Assembly (NCBI GenBank): GCA_001244265.2
Contig: CDLV01000005.1
Span: forward strand, 1,674,001 to 1,738,000
DNA from: Microbotryum violaceum
Taxonomy: Eukaryota
Reading direction: 5' to 3'
DNA: 64,000 nucleotides
The notes under the pieces were generated by a model. It saw nothing but the letters and a program-made list of their open reading frames with translations, made no database searches and was not told the DNA's origin. Positions 62,460-64,000 of this stretch are shown here, piece after piece. The position numbers and the translations under genes are program-made. Position 1 is the stretch's first letter. The number at the start of each line of letters is the position of its first letter.

Positions 62460-64000
62460 ATGACGCGGTTCAGTATCGGTGGGTTGGGTGTTCGACGACC
62501 CTTCGGTCAGGCCACCACGAACGTCAACAACCATCTCTCCGGTGGCTCCGCACATGGCCAGGCCCACGCGCATCAGCACAAGCGACACGGCTCGACCTCG
62601 TCCTCGTCGCCTCTCTACGGGTCCGGATCCTCGTCTGCACCGTCTTCCGGGAACGGCAATGGTCCTTCGGTGGTAGGCTCGACTACGGCTTCGAACGGTA
62701 GTCGTCGTCGATGGCCCCTCCGCGCCGGGGCGGTGATGCTACGTGGTCCCGGTCTCCTCCTTCGTGCGCCGACGCGTCTGCTGCTCGCCACGCCCCGAGG
62801 CGCCTACAAAGGTCTCCGTAGAGCAGGCATGGTCGCTGCTCCCGTCGTTGCCGCAGGTCCTCAGAGACTGTTTGGTACTTCGGCTAGGGCGAGAAGGTTG
62901 CAGCAACGACAGCAGCAGCAGCAGGTCGAGAGGGACGGGGTGGTGGAGGGGGATAAGGTGGGGTCGACCGGTGCAGGGGTACAAGGACAGCCGCACGGGC
63001 CTCGGCAGAGCTTTACGAGTGAGCTTGTGTGTGAGCAATTCACATTCTTCTTTCGGTATGCTCACTCAACCACTACTTTTCTCCAGCCCGCCTCCGCCAA
63101 AGGTGGTCCTCGACCGAAACGCGCTGGTACCCGATCCCGATTTCGCTCGGCGCAGCCCTCCTCGTCGCTCTTAGCCTCTACAAGAAACGAGACGGGCTCT
63201 ACAATAACCTCGATTCCGACTCGACCGACTCGGACTCTCGCTCCGTTCGTCGCAAGCCCGTTTCGGAATCACAAATCAAAGTCCAAGGACCCTGGCAGGT
63301 GCACGTCATCGGGGCCTTACCCCTACGATCCATTTCGAGGATCTACGGCCTGTTGAACAGCTTCGAGTTGCCCGTCTGGTTCAGGACGCCGGGGTATCGG
63401 TTGTACGCTTGGTTCTTTGGGGTCAATTTGGATGAGTGCGAACCGAGCGACTTGAGGGAGTACAGGAGTATGAGCGAGTTCTTCATGAGGAGGCTCAAGG
63501 ACGGGGTTAGGCCGATCGCGGATACGGTGCTGGTGAGTGGGGGAGGAGCGTCTAGGATAGGACAGAATGGTAGGACTAATGTGCTTTGTTGCACCAGGTC
63601 TCACCTTCGGATGGCAAAGTCGTCAACTTTGGCGTCGTCGAAGGCGGTCGAGTCGAACAAGTCAAAGGCTCGACCTACTCCCTCGAAGCCCTCCTCAACG
63701 GCACCGGACCCGCATCCGACACGCCAACGTCCAAAAGTCGTCGCCCCTACGTCGCTCCTGAACACCCACACAAAGCCGAGCCCATCTCGGTCAACGAAGA
63801 AGAGTTTGCCAACATCAATGACATTTCCTATTCACTCGATGAACTGATGGGGAACCGACCCATCGGACCTCGGTCTTCACCCTCCTTCACGACAGAGGAT
63901 GCTTCCCTTTCCTCAAATGAACAACACCTCGCCTCAACCCAAGGCCCCAAGCGGTCCCTCTCGACGGACGCCAAAGTCGCCCTCGAAGTCAGCTCGTCCT
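62460..64000 (+). CDS. PSD1: Mitochondrial phosphatidylserine decarboxylase (5' part; runs off window)
   Basis: GPWQVHVIGALPLRSISRIYG...LPVWFRTPGYRLY...FGVNLDE...Y.SMSEFFMRRLKDGVRPI|VSPSDGKVVNFG...VEQVKGSTYSLEALL. Confidence 0.92.

Overview
Eukaryotic, GC-rich, intron-dense fungal DNA with short introns, GTGAGT/GTACGT/GTCAGT donors, CTRAC-type branch points and YAG acceptors. The style suggests a basidiomycete, probably Microbotryomycetes/Pucciniomycotina, but that is inference. Conserved spliced genes: RanBP9/10-like SPRY-LisH-CTLH-CRA protein, CAND1, aldose 1-epimerase-like, DUF7918-like, SSN6/CYC8, MSH1, PAB1, a C2H2+Zn2Cys6 transcription factor, an SMN-like protein, a Pxp2/AhpD-like protein with PTS1, a zf-4CXXC_R1 protein and the 5' part of PSD1. 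Accessory DNA: two decayed paralogous FunK1-type kinase genes, a long-inverted-repeat element carrying an orphan spliced gene, a PIF/Harbinger transposon (TAA TSD) and a hAT-derived non-autonomous element (8-bp TSD). Best leads: a 54-aa signal-peptide/Kex2/Ste13-type peptide precursor missed by the ORF track, the long-IR cargo element, an intron splitting the PAB1 start codon, and divergent zf-4CXXC_R1 and SMN YG-box motifs. All exon models were read by eye and need RNA-seq; no database searches were run.
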